Part shown: piece after piece, positions 17,779-25,327 of the stretch
Layout of the letters: every line of letters begins with the position of its first letter
Position numbering within the stretch: position 1 is the first letter of the stretch
NCBI RefSeq assembly: GCF_000016745.1
Contig: NC_009483.1
Coordinates: 2,130,001 to 2,162,000 of the forward strand
From: Geotalea uraniireducens Rf4
GTDB taxonomy: Bacteria > Desulfobacterota > Desulfuromonadia > Geobacterales > Geobacteraceae
DNA length: 32,000 nt
Direction: 5' to 3'
Position numbers and translations under genes: made by a program
Notes under the pieces: model-generated
The model's input: only the letters and a program-made list of their open reading frames with translations
Database searches by the model: none
What the model was told of the DNA's origin: nothing

Positions 17779-18777
17779 TTAGCTAGTGGCCGGTTTTGGC
17801 GGGTTGATCCACGCCGCTTCCGGTAACGGTTTATGTAATGGTATTTTCCTGACGAAGCGTTCAGGATGGGCTGCATAAGCAGCAGTCAACACGGTTTGCC
17901 TTGATCGGATGACTTCCTCAGCTCTGCCGTAATGTACTACTTCAGGTGTAAGTAGGCTGATGCCGGAATGCTTGTGTTCCTGGTTATACCAGGGGAAAAA
18001 GGTTTGGCAGAACGATCTTGCGTCTTCTATACTGCCGAATCTTTCCGGGAAATCAGGCTGATATTTCAGCGTTTTAAATTGGGCTTCCGAATATGGGTTG
18101 TCGTCGCTCGTATAGGGCCTTGAGTGCGTTTTAGTGATCCCCAGATCAGCAAACAGAAAAGCTACCGGCTTGGATTTCATGGAAGAGCCGCGATCGGCGT
18201 GGATCGTTAACTGCCCTTTCTGGATGACTTGTTTCTCACACGTTTCTTTGAACAGCCGTTTGGCCAGTTCCGACGACTCGCAGGTTGCAACCATCCAGCC
18301 GACCACATAGCGGCTGAAGATATCGAGAATCACATAGAGGTAAAAATAGGACCATTTAGCAGGCCCCATCAATTTGGTAATATCCCACGACCAGACTTGA
18401 TTTGGGGCCGTTGCCAGAAGCTCAGGCTTTTTGTAGTCGGGATGCCGCAACTGATTTCTCCGCTCTTTGACTTCGGCGTTTTCTTCGAGAATTCGATACA
18501 TCGTGCGGATCGAGCAGTGATAGGCCCCTTCGTCCAAAAGCGTTGCATACACCTCATGGGGTGCCTTGTCCTGAAAGCGCTCGGAATGCAGAATATCGAG
18601 TACTGCCTGCCTTTCCTCTGATGGCAAGGTCCGTGGCGGCACAGGGCGCTTTTGGGGTACACGCGGCGCTGTCTTGCTGATTGCGCGCCTGCGATACAGC
18701 CCGGCACGGGAAACACCAAGAGCTTTACAGGCAGGATCGGTGCCCACATCAGGGGCAAGTATTTCGACAGCTTCCAT
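17779..18777 (-). CDS. IS3-family transposase OrfB (DDE catalytic domain).
   Basis: 332 aa with the DDE triad regions WSWDITKL, IHADRGSSM and DNPYSEAQFKTLK. The frame is -1 relative to orfA, and its ATG shares one nucleotide with the orfA TGA (TGATG at 18779-18775). Confidence 0.9.
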   Translation of the reverse strand: MEAVEILAPDVGTDPACKALGVSRAGLYRRRAISKTAPRVPQKRPVPPRTLPSEERQAVLDILHSERFQDKAPHEVYATLLDEGAYHCSIRTMYRILEENAEVKERRNQLRHPDYKKPELLATAPNQVWSWDITKLMGPAKWSYFYLYVILDIFSRYVVGWMVATCESSELAKRLFKETCEKQVIQKGQLTIHADRGSSMKSKPVAFLFADLGITKTHSRPYTSDDNPYSEAQFKTLKYQPDFPERFGSIEDARSFCQTFFPWYNQEHKHSGISLLTPEVVHYGRAEEVIRSRQTVLTAAYAAHPERFVRKIPLHKPLPEAAWINPPKPATS

Positions 18778-19280
18778 CAGTCGCTCTCGCTCTCTGGCGG
18801 CGTATCCAAGGTGATCCCCAGGATCTGCGAGACTTTTTTTTGGACATCGATGATCAACTCGGCCTGTTTGAGGCGTTTGGCAAGGCGGGTAATCTCCTTG
18901 CGCAGTCGCTCGTTCTCGACGGCCATGGGATCGGGCTTTAGCGCTTTACGGCCCCTCTGCTTGGGCGTAAGCGCCGCAAGGCTTCCTTCATCCCGCTGGC
19001 GGCGCCAGGTGTTGAGGTTGGAAGCATAAAGCCCCTCTCGACGTAATAGCGCTGCCAGGCTACCGGGCTTGGTGCAAGAGTCGACTTGGTTTAGGATGTC
19101 AAGTTTGTACTTAGCCGTGAAACGCCTGCGTACAGGCTTTTCCGCTACCTCCGGGTCAGGCGGTGAGGTAGTCAATTCCTGCTGTTGCCGGGTCAAATCT
19201 TCGGGGGCCATCCCGGTAATTGCACTCGCCTTACGGGCTCCTGCAATTACCGGGATGCGCTTCACATTACTGATGGTCAT
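18777..19280 (-). CDS. IS3-family transposase OrfA (HTH and leucine-zipper part).
   Basis: 167 aa. The RRRFTAKYKLDIL...LLRREGLYASNLNTWRRQ region is HTH-like. A coiled-coil follows (ENERLRKEITRLAKRLKQAELIIDVQKKV). Confidence 0.85.
   Translation of the reverse strand: MTISNVKRIPVIAGARKASAITGMAPEDLTRQQQELTTSPPDPEVAEKPVRRRFTAKYKLDILNQVDSCTKPGSLAALLRREGLYASNLNTWRRQRDEGSLAALTPKQRGRKALKPDPMAVENERLRKEITRLAKRLKQAELIIDVQKKVSQILGITLDTPPESESD
18834..18841 (-). promoter_or_regulatory. Programmed -1 ribosomal frameshift site (A AAA AAA G) that would produce the OrfAB fusion transposase.
   Basis: The minus strand reads GTC CAA AAA AAA GTC in the orfA frame. A -1 slip enters a frame that stays open through to the orfB ATG (..KKSLADPGDHLGYAARERERLMEAVE..). 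Confidence 0.6.
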
Positions 19281-19336
19281 ATCCTTTCTTTCCTCCCCAC
19301 CCTCTACAGTAATTTAAGGGGAGGTAAGTGTCTCAC

Positions 19337-20473
19337 TTATATTGGCACAGAGGGGCAGCAGACCAGTGTGGCGTGGGCGACCAGAGCATCGAAGGAACGA
19401 CTCTGGAACTCCTTTGCCAGATTCAGAAACGACTTGGCCATTTTGAAGAACACCTCGATGTCCCAGCGACGGCCGTAGAGCGTGATGATCTCCTCGGCGG
19501 TCAAGGTCGTATCGGTGGAAAGGAGCGCCAGCCATTTCTTCGAACTGCGGTCGCGGACGAACACGATCTTTGCTGCCACCGGTTTACCGTGAATGTCTTG
19601 ACCTATGGTCACCAGCACCTCTGCCAACACTTTGGCTCGACCGGGTCGCTTGCGGACCTCTTTGAATAGTTCTTTCAGGGTGAACGGCCACCCCTGCACC
19701 TCGTAGGTGACCTTACCCGTATCCTTGAGCATGCAGATGGTATGCATCCCCAGGGCGCGGATCCGCCTGATGGTGGCGGGGAAAGCAAACCAGCTGTCAA
19801 AGAGCAGGTGCCGGGCAGTGGTTCCTGCCTTCATTGCCAAGGCAACCATGTCCACCAGTACGTCGGTGGATTTCCTCATGCTCTCCCGGCGGCGCTGATA
19901 TCCGTTGGTGCGCTTATCGATGCCCTCACGCATTGGGGCAAGGCGGTTCTTATCCTTGGCAGAGCTGAGCATCGACAGCATCATGGGTACAAAGCTGTTC
20001 CCATCGGACCACCCCAGGGTGAGCATCCTGAAGCCACGCACGTAACGACCGGTGTTGTGGTCATGCACCCGTGCCAGCAGTTCGACCCGCTTGCTGCGGT
20101 CGCGACGATACAGAGTGTCGTCAGCGATCAGCACCTTGGTGGTCGTCTCATCGGTCAACGGGAGAAGCCTTTGGACAATGACCCGTGTACTGAGCAGCAA
20201 CAGAAAACGGCGCCAGTTGGCATTGACCGAGTTCAACAGTCGATACGCAGTGTCTTTACCGATACCATCCGGTGAATCTGGACTCTCCAGGAGACGGAAC
20301 AGATTCTTTCCGGTAAAGGCAAGGGAAAGCAGAAGCTGGAACAAGATGTCGAGGCTAACACCCTTTTCCTTCCTGACATTGCTTTGCCGAAGTAACTGGC
20401 CGAGGTTCTGATTGTGAAAGAACGAATGAATCCGGTTTTCTACGGATGCAAATCCTGCTACAATCTGCTGCAT
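19337..20473 (-). CDS. IS4-family DDE transposase, probably truncated or inactivated at its 3' end.
   Basis: 378 aa with DDE regions LIADDTL, LLFDSWF and the YREK signature YGRRWDIEVFFKMAK. The TAA stop (19339-19337) overlaps the IS3 target duplication. Confidence 0.8.
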   Translation of the reverse strand: MQQIVAGFASVENRIHSFFHNQNLGQLLRQSNVRKEKGVSLDILFQLLLSLAFTGKNLFRLLESPDSPDGIGKDTAYRLLNSVNANWRRFLLLLSTRVIVQRLLPLTDETTTKVLIADDTLYRRDRSKRVELLARVHDHNTGRYVRGFRMLTLGWSDGNSFVPMMLSMLSSAKDKNRLAPMREGIDKRTNGYQRRRESMRKSTDVLVDMVALAMKAGTTARHLLFDSWFAFPATIRRIRALGMHTICMLKDTGKVTYEVQGWPFTLKELFKEVRKRPGRAKVLAEVLVTIGQDIHGKPVAAKIVFVRDRSSKKWLALLSTDTTLTAEEIITLYGRRWDIEVFFKMAKSFLNLAKEFQSRSFDALVAHATLVCCPSVPI

Positions 20474-20596
20474 AGCGTCGTCTCTCTGTGCTAGTGGATT
20501 TGTTGGGGAACAAAGCCATTTTAACCCAGATTGCGACGCTATACTATTAATAATTACAACGTGTTACAAGTATTTACCAACTGCGAAAGTTGAGTT

Positions 20597-20990
20597 GTTA
20601 ATAATTCCATTTCTCACGGTGATGTATGCCTTGTTACTGGACAACTCATTAACTGATAGAATTATACTTTTTGTGTTGGCCGGATTATCAATACCTGCAC
20701 TGTATTATTACCAAAAATGGAAATGGCACTATCACTATAACCATTCACCATATTTGAACGAACCACTCAAAGGAATTGTCACAACGGATAGCATTATTAC
20801 AGAAGTTTCATCTGGTAAGAGCGAGACGCCGTGGTCTAATTTCATTAAGTACAAATCTACGGAGAACATTATGCTTTTATATCTCGGGCCAAATGTATTC
20901 AAAACAATCGCAAGGGATTTCTTTACCAGCACAGAAGATTGGGAGAAGGCAAAACTAATCGTAATGAATGGGATGAAAAAAAACTCCTAA
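20597..20990 (+). pseudogene. 3' fragment of the IS-disrupted YcxB-like membrane protein gene.
   Basis: ..IIPFLTVMYALLLDN / IILFVLAGLSIPALYYY form two TM segments. The YcxB-like tail follows: TPWSNFIKYKSTENIMLLYLGPNVFKTIARDFFTSTEDWEKAKLIV. It is in frame with 17308-17402 once the IS and one GTT copy are removed. Confidence 0.6.
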
Positions 20991-21066
20991 CACTTATAAG
21001 GCCCCTGACCGGGCAAACACCTGCTCGGCAGGTCAAGCGCAGCCCCGATCGACAAGAGGAGACAAA

Positions 21067-22450
21067 ATGAACAAACGGAGCATAATCAACTGATGTATTG
21101 TCCCCCTTCTAGTTTTGATGTTGGCAGGATGTAGCGGGAGTGGAGAAAGCAGTTCCCCGACCATTTCTGGTATTGCCGCTGCCGGTTCCACACTTACCGG
21201 CACAGTGTACCTGAAGGACTCGTCGATTCCGACGAGAGAGCTTTCTGTGCCCATTGCGGCAGATGGATCGTTCTCGTTCGGCCTGAACGGGCTGACGGCG
21301 CCTTTTATCCTTAAGGCGACTGGTACGGCAAACGGGAACAATCTTACGCTTTATTCTTTTGCGACCGCCGCCGGAGTCGCCAACATAAACCCTCTTTCCA
21401 GTTTGGCAGTGGTTCTGGCGAACGGCAGTGACGATCTGACAAGTCTCTACAATTCTCCCGATCCGGTAAAAATGCATGCAATCTTGAATGCCTTGCCGAA
21501 TGCAATTACCAACGTCCAGACGGTGCTTCAACCCACCCTTGCCAAATTCGGGGCTGCAACCGTCAATTTTATTTCCGATCCCTATGCAGCAAACCATCAG
21601 GGGCTTGATCTGCTGCTGGATATGGCTGCCATTTCGGCCGGCAACGGTATCGTGACCATAATGGATAAACCGGCGAACAAGACGATCCAAATCCCTCTCA
21701 ACAGTCTCATGCCCGGTTCGATAGATATCATTAGCGCTCCGATATCATCTGCCGGTTCCGTTCTCGTATGGCCGACTCTGCCGGCTGTGGCGCCAAACGA
21801 AACCGTAAACTTCACGGCAGTCGTGATCGGCTCAGCCAACCAGCAGGTTACCTGGAGCGTGGTCGAAGGCAACGGCGGCACCATCACGAAGACCGGTGTC
21901 TATACCGCCTGATCAACCCGCCCCTGCAACAACCGGTACCTACCACATAACGGCAACGAGCGCGGCGGATGCGACGAAAAGCGCAACGGCAACCGTCACG
22001 GTGAGGGAAGTGAGTGCTCTCAGTATCGACCAATCCGGACCAGGAGTTTTTACAGTGGAGGCAATCAAGCTGGCTAATGTTGCAGCGATTGATCTCACAA
22101 TAACCTATGATGCCTTATCACTTGCCAATCCGCAGGTTACACCTGGTGCAATTATCTCAGGAGCTTTTATGGTCACAAATACCAGTGTGCCGGGGAGGGT
22201 GCGATGTGCACTTATTAATACTCAACCGATTTCAGGCGCAGGCACCCTCATGACGATCAGCTTCGACTTGCTAGGCGCGTCGTCCGGCAGGATACTTTCC
22301 ATGTCGGCATCGTTTCTCGACAATCAGGGCCGACCACTGGCAACTACGGCATTGATCGCCGCCCCTTCCGGAACAATCGATATGCCTCCTGGAGCAAGCG
22401 TATCGTCGACGCCTGGACAAAGTGCCACCGGTACAGCGGTGCTCAATTGA
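21067..22450 (+). pseudogene. Lipoprotein with a Big_2-type Ig domain and a cohesin-like C-terminal domain, disrupted by an in-frame TGA and a frameshift.
   Basis: ATG at 21067 follows AGGAG. It reads MNKRSIIN-TGA(21091-21093)-CIVPLLVLMLAGCSGSG, a classical lipoprotein signal peptide split by a stop. The frame ends at 21912 (..TGVYTA*). The Ig domain continues in another frame (PDQPAPATTGTYHITATSAADATKSATATVTV). The tail has a cohesin-like pattern: AIDLTITYDALSLANPQVTPG...GAGTLMTISFDLLG. Confidence 0.65.
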
Positions 22451-22477
22451 AAGAAATAGGGGCTTTCGGGGGTAAAG

Positions 22478-22927
22478 ATGAAAGATAAGCTTCCCATCAT
22501 AACCGCACTGCTCGCTCTTGCCGGCGTGGCCCTTGGTGGAGGGATGCAGTACTTATCGTCCCGAACCATCGAGTTTGAGAAAGCGTCGCTCGAGTACCGC
22601 CTTACATCATACCGTGACTTCCTTTCCGCCCAATCTGCGTATCAAAAAGCCAAAAACAAAGCCGAGAGCATGGCCGCAGATCTTAAGATACGCGATGCCA
22701 CACTTCGGATCGCTATCTTCAGTCCCAAAAAAGTGGCCGCCGCCGTGGCGGAATGGCTCCTTGAAAATGCAAGGGAGGCGACTCCCTGCCCGGGACCTCC
22801 ATCTTTATATCAGAAGGATATATCCATCTATCACGCGATGCGGGATCAAGCCTTTAAGGGTGATAAGAAGGAGGTCCTGTCCGACAAACAGATGGCGATA
22901 ATGGTGCATGGTTGCAGACTTGATTGA
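22478..22927 (+). CDS. Hypothetical protein with an N-terminal membrane anchor.
   Basis: 149 aa. It has a single N-terminal hydrophobic segment, LPIITALLALAGVALGGG. GGGGG/TAAAG lies upstream. No family motif recognised. Confidence 0.5.
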   Translation: MKDKLPIITALLALAGVALGGGMQYLSSRTIEFEKASLEYRLTSYRDFLSAQSAYQKAKNKAESMAADLKIRDATLRIAIFSPKKVAAAVAEWLLENAREATPCPGPPSLYQKDISIYHAMRDQAFKGDKKEVLSDKQMAIMVHGCRLD

Positions 22928-22985
22928 GAAGTCCGGAGGCGACGCTGGTAAGTTACGTATCTTATTGAGCGAGAAAGGCCAGTTT

Positions 22986-23360
22986 CTAACCCACTACAGC
23001 CTGTAGCTGAATTCTGTCTGCTGTTGCCCGAACGAATTTTTGCCGGCCATGTCCGGGAAGAGGCACTTCCTCAATATGGAGAAGACCGGCCGCAACGAGA
23101 ATATCAACGTCCTTCTTGACTGTGCTTCTATCGCGATGCAGGCGTTGTGCGATGGCCGTAATAGAAGATGGGGCAGCCTTGGCTGCACGGAATAATTCGA
23201 GCCTTGCGGGAGACATGACAGCAAACATATCCCCCGGGTCTTCAAAGGTAAGGGTGAACTCTGGTTCAAGGGCTTCGCCGCGGTCAATCTTCTTGGCGAT
23301 CTCGCGTCCACGTGCGAAATAATCTTCGGTCGTTCCTGTATTAGCGATTACGTCGCGCAT
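22986..23360 (-). CDS. Winged-helix DNA-binding protein, HVO_A0114/TumA-like antitoxin.
   Basis: The ORF is open to 23444, but the likely start is ATG at 23360 (MRDVIANTG...). The pattern ..RGEALEPEFTLTFEDPGDMFAVMSPARLELFRAAKAAPSSITAIAQRLHRDRSTVKKDVDILVAAGLL.. matches my recollection of this antitoxin family. Confidence 0.5.
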   Translation of the reverse strand: MRDVIANTGTTEDYFARGREIAKKIDRGEALEPEFTLTFEDPGDMFAVMSPARLELFRAAKAAPSSITAIAQRLHRDRSTVKKDVDILVAAGLLHIEEVPLPGHGRQKFVRATADRIQLQAVVG

Positions 23361-23493
23361 TGTATTCCTCCAGTACCAGCCCCCATTCCCTTTCAAAGCG
23401 CCATGATTTTTTATACCTCGCCTGATCCAATACGGCAACTGCATTTTTAAGGCTGAAAAACTCCCTTGACTCAGTGCCGTGACAATGGTACAT
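23341..23493 (-). pseudogene. Possible truncated TumE-like toxin stub (50 codons) overlapping the antitoxin start.
   Basis: Small ORF: MYHCHGTESREFFSLKNAVAVLDQARYKKSWRFEREWGLVLEEYNARRNR*. It overlaps the antitoxin ATG by 20 nt. The frame is open for only ~65 codons upstream, about half the length expected for the partner toxin. The family call is weak. Confidence 0.25.
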
Positions 23494-23514
23494 TCCTGAA
23501 AAATTTATCGGTAT

Positions 23515-23549
23515 CCCTTTTAATTTAGCCCCGTGAGGTTAGCAAAGGT
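23515..23549 (+). promoter_or_regulatory. PyrR-binding stem-loop (anti-antiterminator) in the pyr leader.
   Basis: CCTTT (23516-23520) pairs with AAAGG (23544-23548). The pair encloses TTTAGCCCCGTGAGGTTAGC. This resembles the conserved PyrR binding-loop core (..AGUCCAGAGAGGCU.GCAAGG type). Confidence 0.6.
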
Positions 23550-23582
23550 GATGAATAGAGAACTCTTGAAGTGTATATCTGG

Positions 23583-23621
23583 AGAGCCTTTCCGTCTTTG
23601 TGCGGGAGGGCTCTTTTTCTT
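23583..23621 (+). terminator. Intrinsic terminator (attenuator) of the pyr leader.
   Basis: A 12-bp stem pairs AGAGCCTTTCCG (23583-23594) with CGGGAGGGCTCT (23603-23614), including 2 G-U pairs. The loop is 8 nt and TTTTCTT follows. The CCTTT at 23587-23591 can alternatively pair with AAAGG at 23544-23548 (antiterminator). It lies 52 nt upstream of the pyrR GTG. Confidence 0.7.
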
Positions 23622-23672
23622 GCCCGAATGTCATGTTTTACTACTTTGGCCGAAACAGAAAGGAGTGCTAAC

Positions 23673-24209
23673 GTGGGAACTGAGAATACGGTAATTCTGG
23701 ACGGGGTTGGGGTGAAAAGGGCTCTTACCCGCATTGCCCATGAGGTTCTTGAACGGAACAAGGGGGTGAAGGATCTTGTTCTTGTCGGGATACGTACCGG
23801 CGGGGTATATCTCGCCCATGAGCTGTCACTGCGGCTGGAGGAGATCGAAGGGGAGAAGGTGCCGGTCGGCGCCGTTGACATCACTCTTTACCGTGACGAT
23901 ATCAAAGGGCATTCCGAGCATCTGCCGGTGGGCAAGACGGAGATACCGTTTTCCATCGAGGGGAAAAAGGTTGTCCTCGTGGATGACGTGCTCTTTACCG
24001 GCCGCACTATCAGGGCAGCGATGGACGCTATCATGGACCATGGCCGGCCGTCATGCATTCAACTGGCTGTCCTTGTGGACCGGGGGCATCGCGACCTCCC
24101 CATCAGGGCGGATTTTGTCGGGCGTAATGTCCCGACAAGCCTCAAGGAAAATATCACGGTCGCTTTTGACGCAGCCAACAAGCCGACAGAGGTAGTCCTG
24201 GAAAAATGA
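23673..24209 (+). CDS. pyrR: Bifunctional pyr operon attenuation protein / uracil phosphoribosyltransferase PyrR.
   Basis: The track ORF starts at 23571, inside the terminator. The likely start is GTG at 23673 after AAAGGAG, giving 178 aa. Diagnostic stretches: [38 protein letters not shown], and the PRPP motif [17 protein letters not shown]. Confidence 0.9.
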   Translation: MGTENTVILDGVGVKRALTRIAHEVLERNKGVKDLVLVGIRTGGVYLAHELSLRLEEIEGEKVPVGAVDITLYRDDIKGHSEHLPVGKTEIPFSIEGKKVVLVDDVLFTGRTIRAAMDAIMDHGRPSCIQLAVLVDRGHRDLPIRADFVGRNVPTSLKENITVAFDAANKPTEVVLEK

Positions 24210-24281
24210 TCTATGTCGGGGCGGATGTCCCGATACCGGGCAGGCGTAAGGCTTGCTCCTACAGTCTGAAGGGGGGAAACC

Positions 24282-25217
24282 ATGGCATTCAAGCACAAGG
24301 ACATCATCGGTTTGCAGGATTTGACCAGGGAGGAGATAGAGCTTCTCCTCAATACTGCGGAGAATCTGAAGGAGATAAACGAGCGGGATATCAAAAAGGT
24401 CCCGACCTTGCGCGGTAAAACAATAGTGAATCTTTTCTACGAAGCCTCCACCCGTACCCGAACTTCCTTCGAGATTGCGGCAAAGAGGCTTTCCGCAGAT
24501 ACCATAAATATTACCGCCTCCACCAGTTCGGTAACCAAGGGCGAAACCCTTTCCGATACCGCGCGAAACGTTCTGGCCATGAAACCGGACATTATCGTCA
24601 TGCGCCATGCAGTATCCGGCGCCCACCATTATCTGGCGCAACGGGTTTCCTGTTCCGTCATTAACGCCGGTGACGGTGCCCACGAGCACCCCTCCCAGGG
24701 GCTCCTGGACATGTTGACCATGCGCCAGAAATTCGGCAAGCTTGACGGCCTGAAGGTGGCCATTGTCGGCGATATTACCCATAGCCGGGTGGCTCGATCC
24801 AATATCTACGGCCTGACCAGGATGGGGGCCCATGTCTTTCTGGCCGGACCGCCGACCATGATGCCGCCGGGCATAGAGCGGCTGGGTAATGTCACCGTCT
24901 GCAGGGATATGCGCGCGGCGATAACGGATGCAGATGTGGTGATGATGCTTCGCATCCAGCTGGAGCGCCAGGGGAAGACCCTCCTTCCGACATTGAAGGA
25001 GTATTCCCGCTATTTCGGGCTGAACAACCATCTGCTGCAACTGGCGAAAAAGGATGCCATGGTCATGCATCCGGGGCCGATCAACCGTGGTGTCGAGCTC
25101 TGCTCTCATGTTGCAGATGGAGACCAATCGCATATTCTGAAGCAGGTTGAGAACGGTGTGGCGGTCAGGATGTCGATGCTCTATCATGTTTCCGGCGGGG
25201 AATTGCCGACGGAATGA
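24282..25217 (+). CDS. pyrB: Aspartate carbamoyltransferase catalytic subunit.
   Basis: 311 aa with the signature [13 protein letters not shown], plus HPSQGLLD and [11 protein letters not shown]. Confidence 0.95.
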   Translation: MAFKHKDIIGLQDLTREEIELLLNTAENLKEINERDIKKVPTLRGKTIVNLFYEASTRTRTSFEIAAKRLSADTINITASTSSVTKGETLSDTARNVLAMKPDIIVMRHAVSGAHHYLAQRVSCSVINAGDGAHEHPSQGLLDMLTMRQKFGKLDGLKVAIVGDITHSRVARSNIYGLTRMGAHVFLAGPPTMMPPGIERLGNVTVCRDMRAAITDADVVMMLRIQLERQGKTLLPTLKEYSRYFGLNNHLLQLAKKDAMVMHPGPINRGVELCSHVADGDQSHILKQVENGVAVRMSMLYHVSGGELPTE

Positions 25218-25228
25218 TACCAAAACCC

Positions 25229-25306
25229 GTTCGAGGTTCTATGTTCGAGGTTCGAGGTTAAATGCCTCAACGTAGAACGTAGAACGTAGAACATAGAACG
25301 TAGAAC
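25229..25306. repeat. Two opposed arrays of 7-bp tandem repeats around a 9-nt spacer in the pyrB-pyrC intergenic region.
   Basis: The first array is GTTCGAG GTTCTAT GTTCGAG GTTCGAG GTT (25229-25259). The spacer is AAATGCCTC. The second array is AACGTAG x3, AACATAG, AACGTAG, AAC (25269-25306). The reverse complement of the second array reads GTTCTAC units, so each unit pairs with the first array at 5 of 7 positions. Confidence 0.85.
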
Positions 25307-25327
25307 TCTTTCATACGAGGTGAAATT

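Larger units (their letters stand above)
17743..19335 (-). mobile_element. IS3-family insertion sequence (1593 bp) nested inside the IS4-like element.
   Basis: Terminal inverted repeats are TGAGACACTTACCT (17743-17756) and AGGTAAGTGTCTCA (19322-19335), giving the TG...CA ends typical of IS3. A 3-bp direct repeat CTT flanks the element (17740-17742 and 19336-19338). It has the orfA/orfB organisation with an A8 slippery run. Confidence 0.85.
17403..20596 (-). mobile_element. IS4-family insertion sequence (about 1.6 kb without its passenger), itself interrupted by an IS3-family element.
   Basis: The 15-bp terminal inverted repeats are perfect: AACTCAACTTTCGCA (17403-17417) and TGCGAAAGTTGAGTT (20582-20596). 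They are flanked by the direct repeat GTT (17400-17402 and 20597-20599). The element encodes a DDE transposase. Confidence 0.75.

Noticed and set aside
21091-21093. The in-frame TGA in the lipoprotein leader read as selenocysteine or programmed read-through.
   Set aside because: The codon lies in the hydrophobic core of a signal peptide, where Sec has no function. I see no SECIS-like hairpin immediately downstream. The same gene also carries a frameshift, which favours decay or sequencing error.
25229-25306. The heptamer arrays read as a CRISPR array or a coding repeat.
   Set aside because: The units are 7 bp with no spacers, far too short for CRISPR. The only ORF across them is an antisense shadow (..FYVLRSTLRHLTSNLEHRTSN..).
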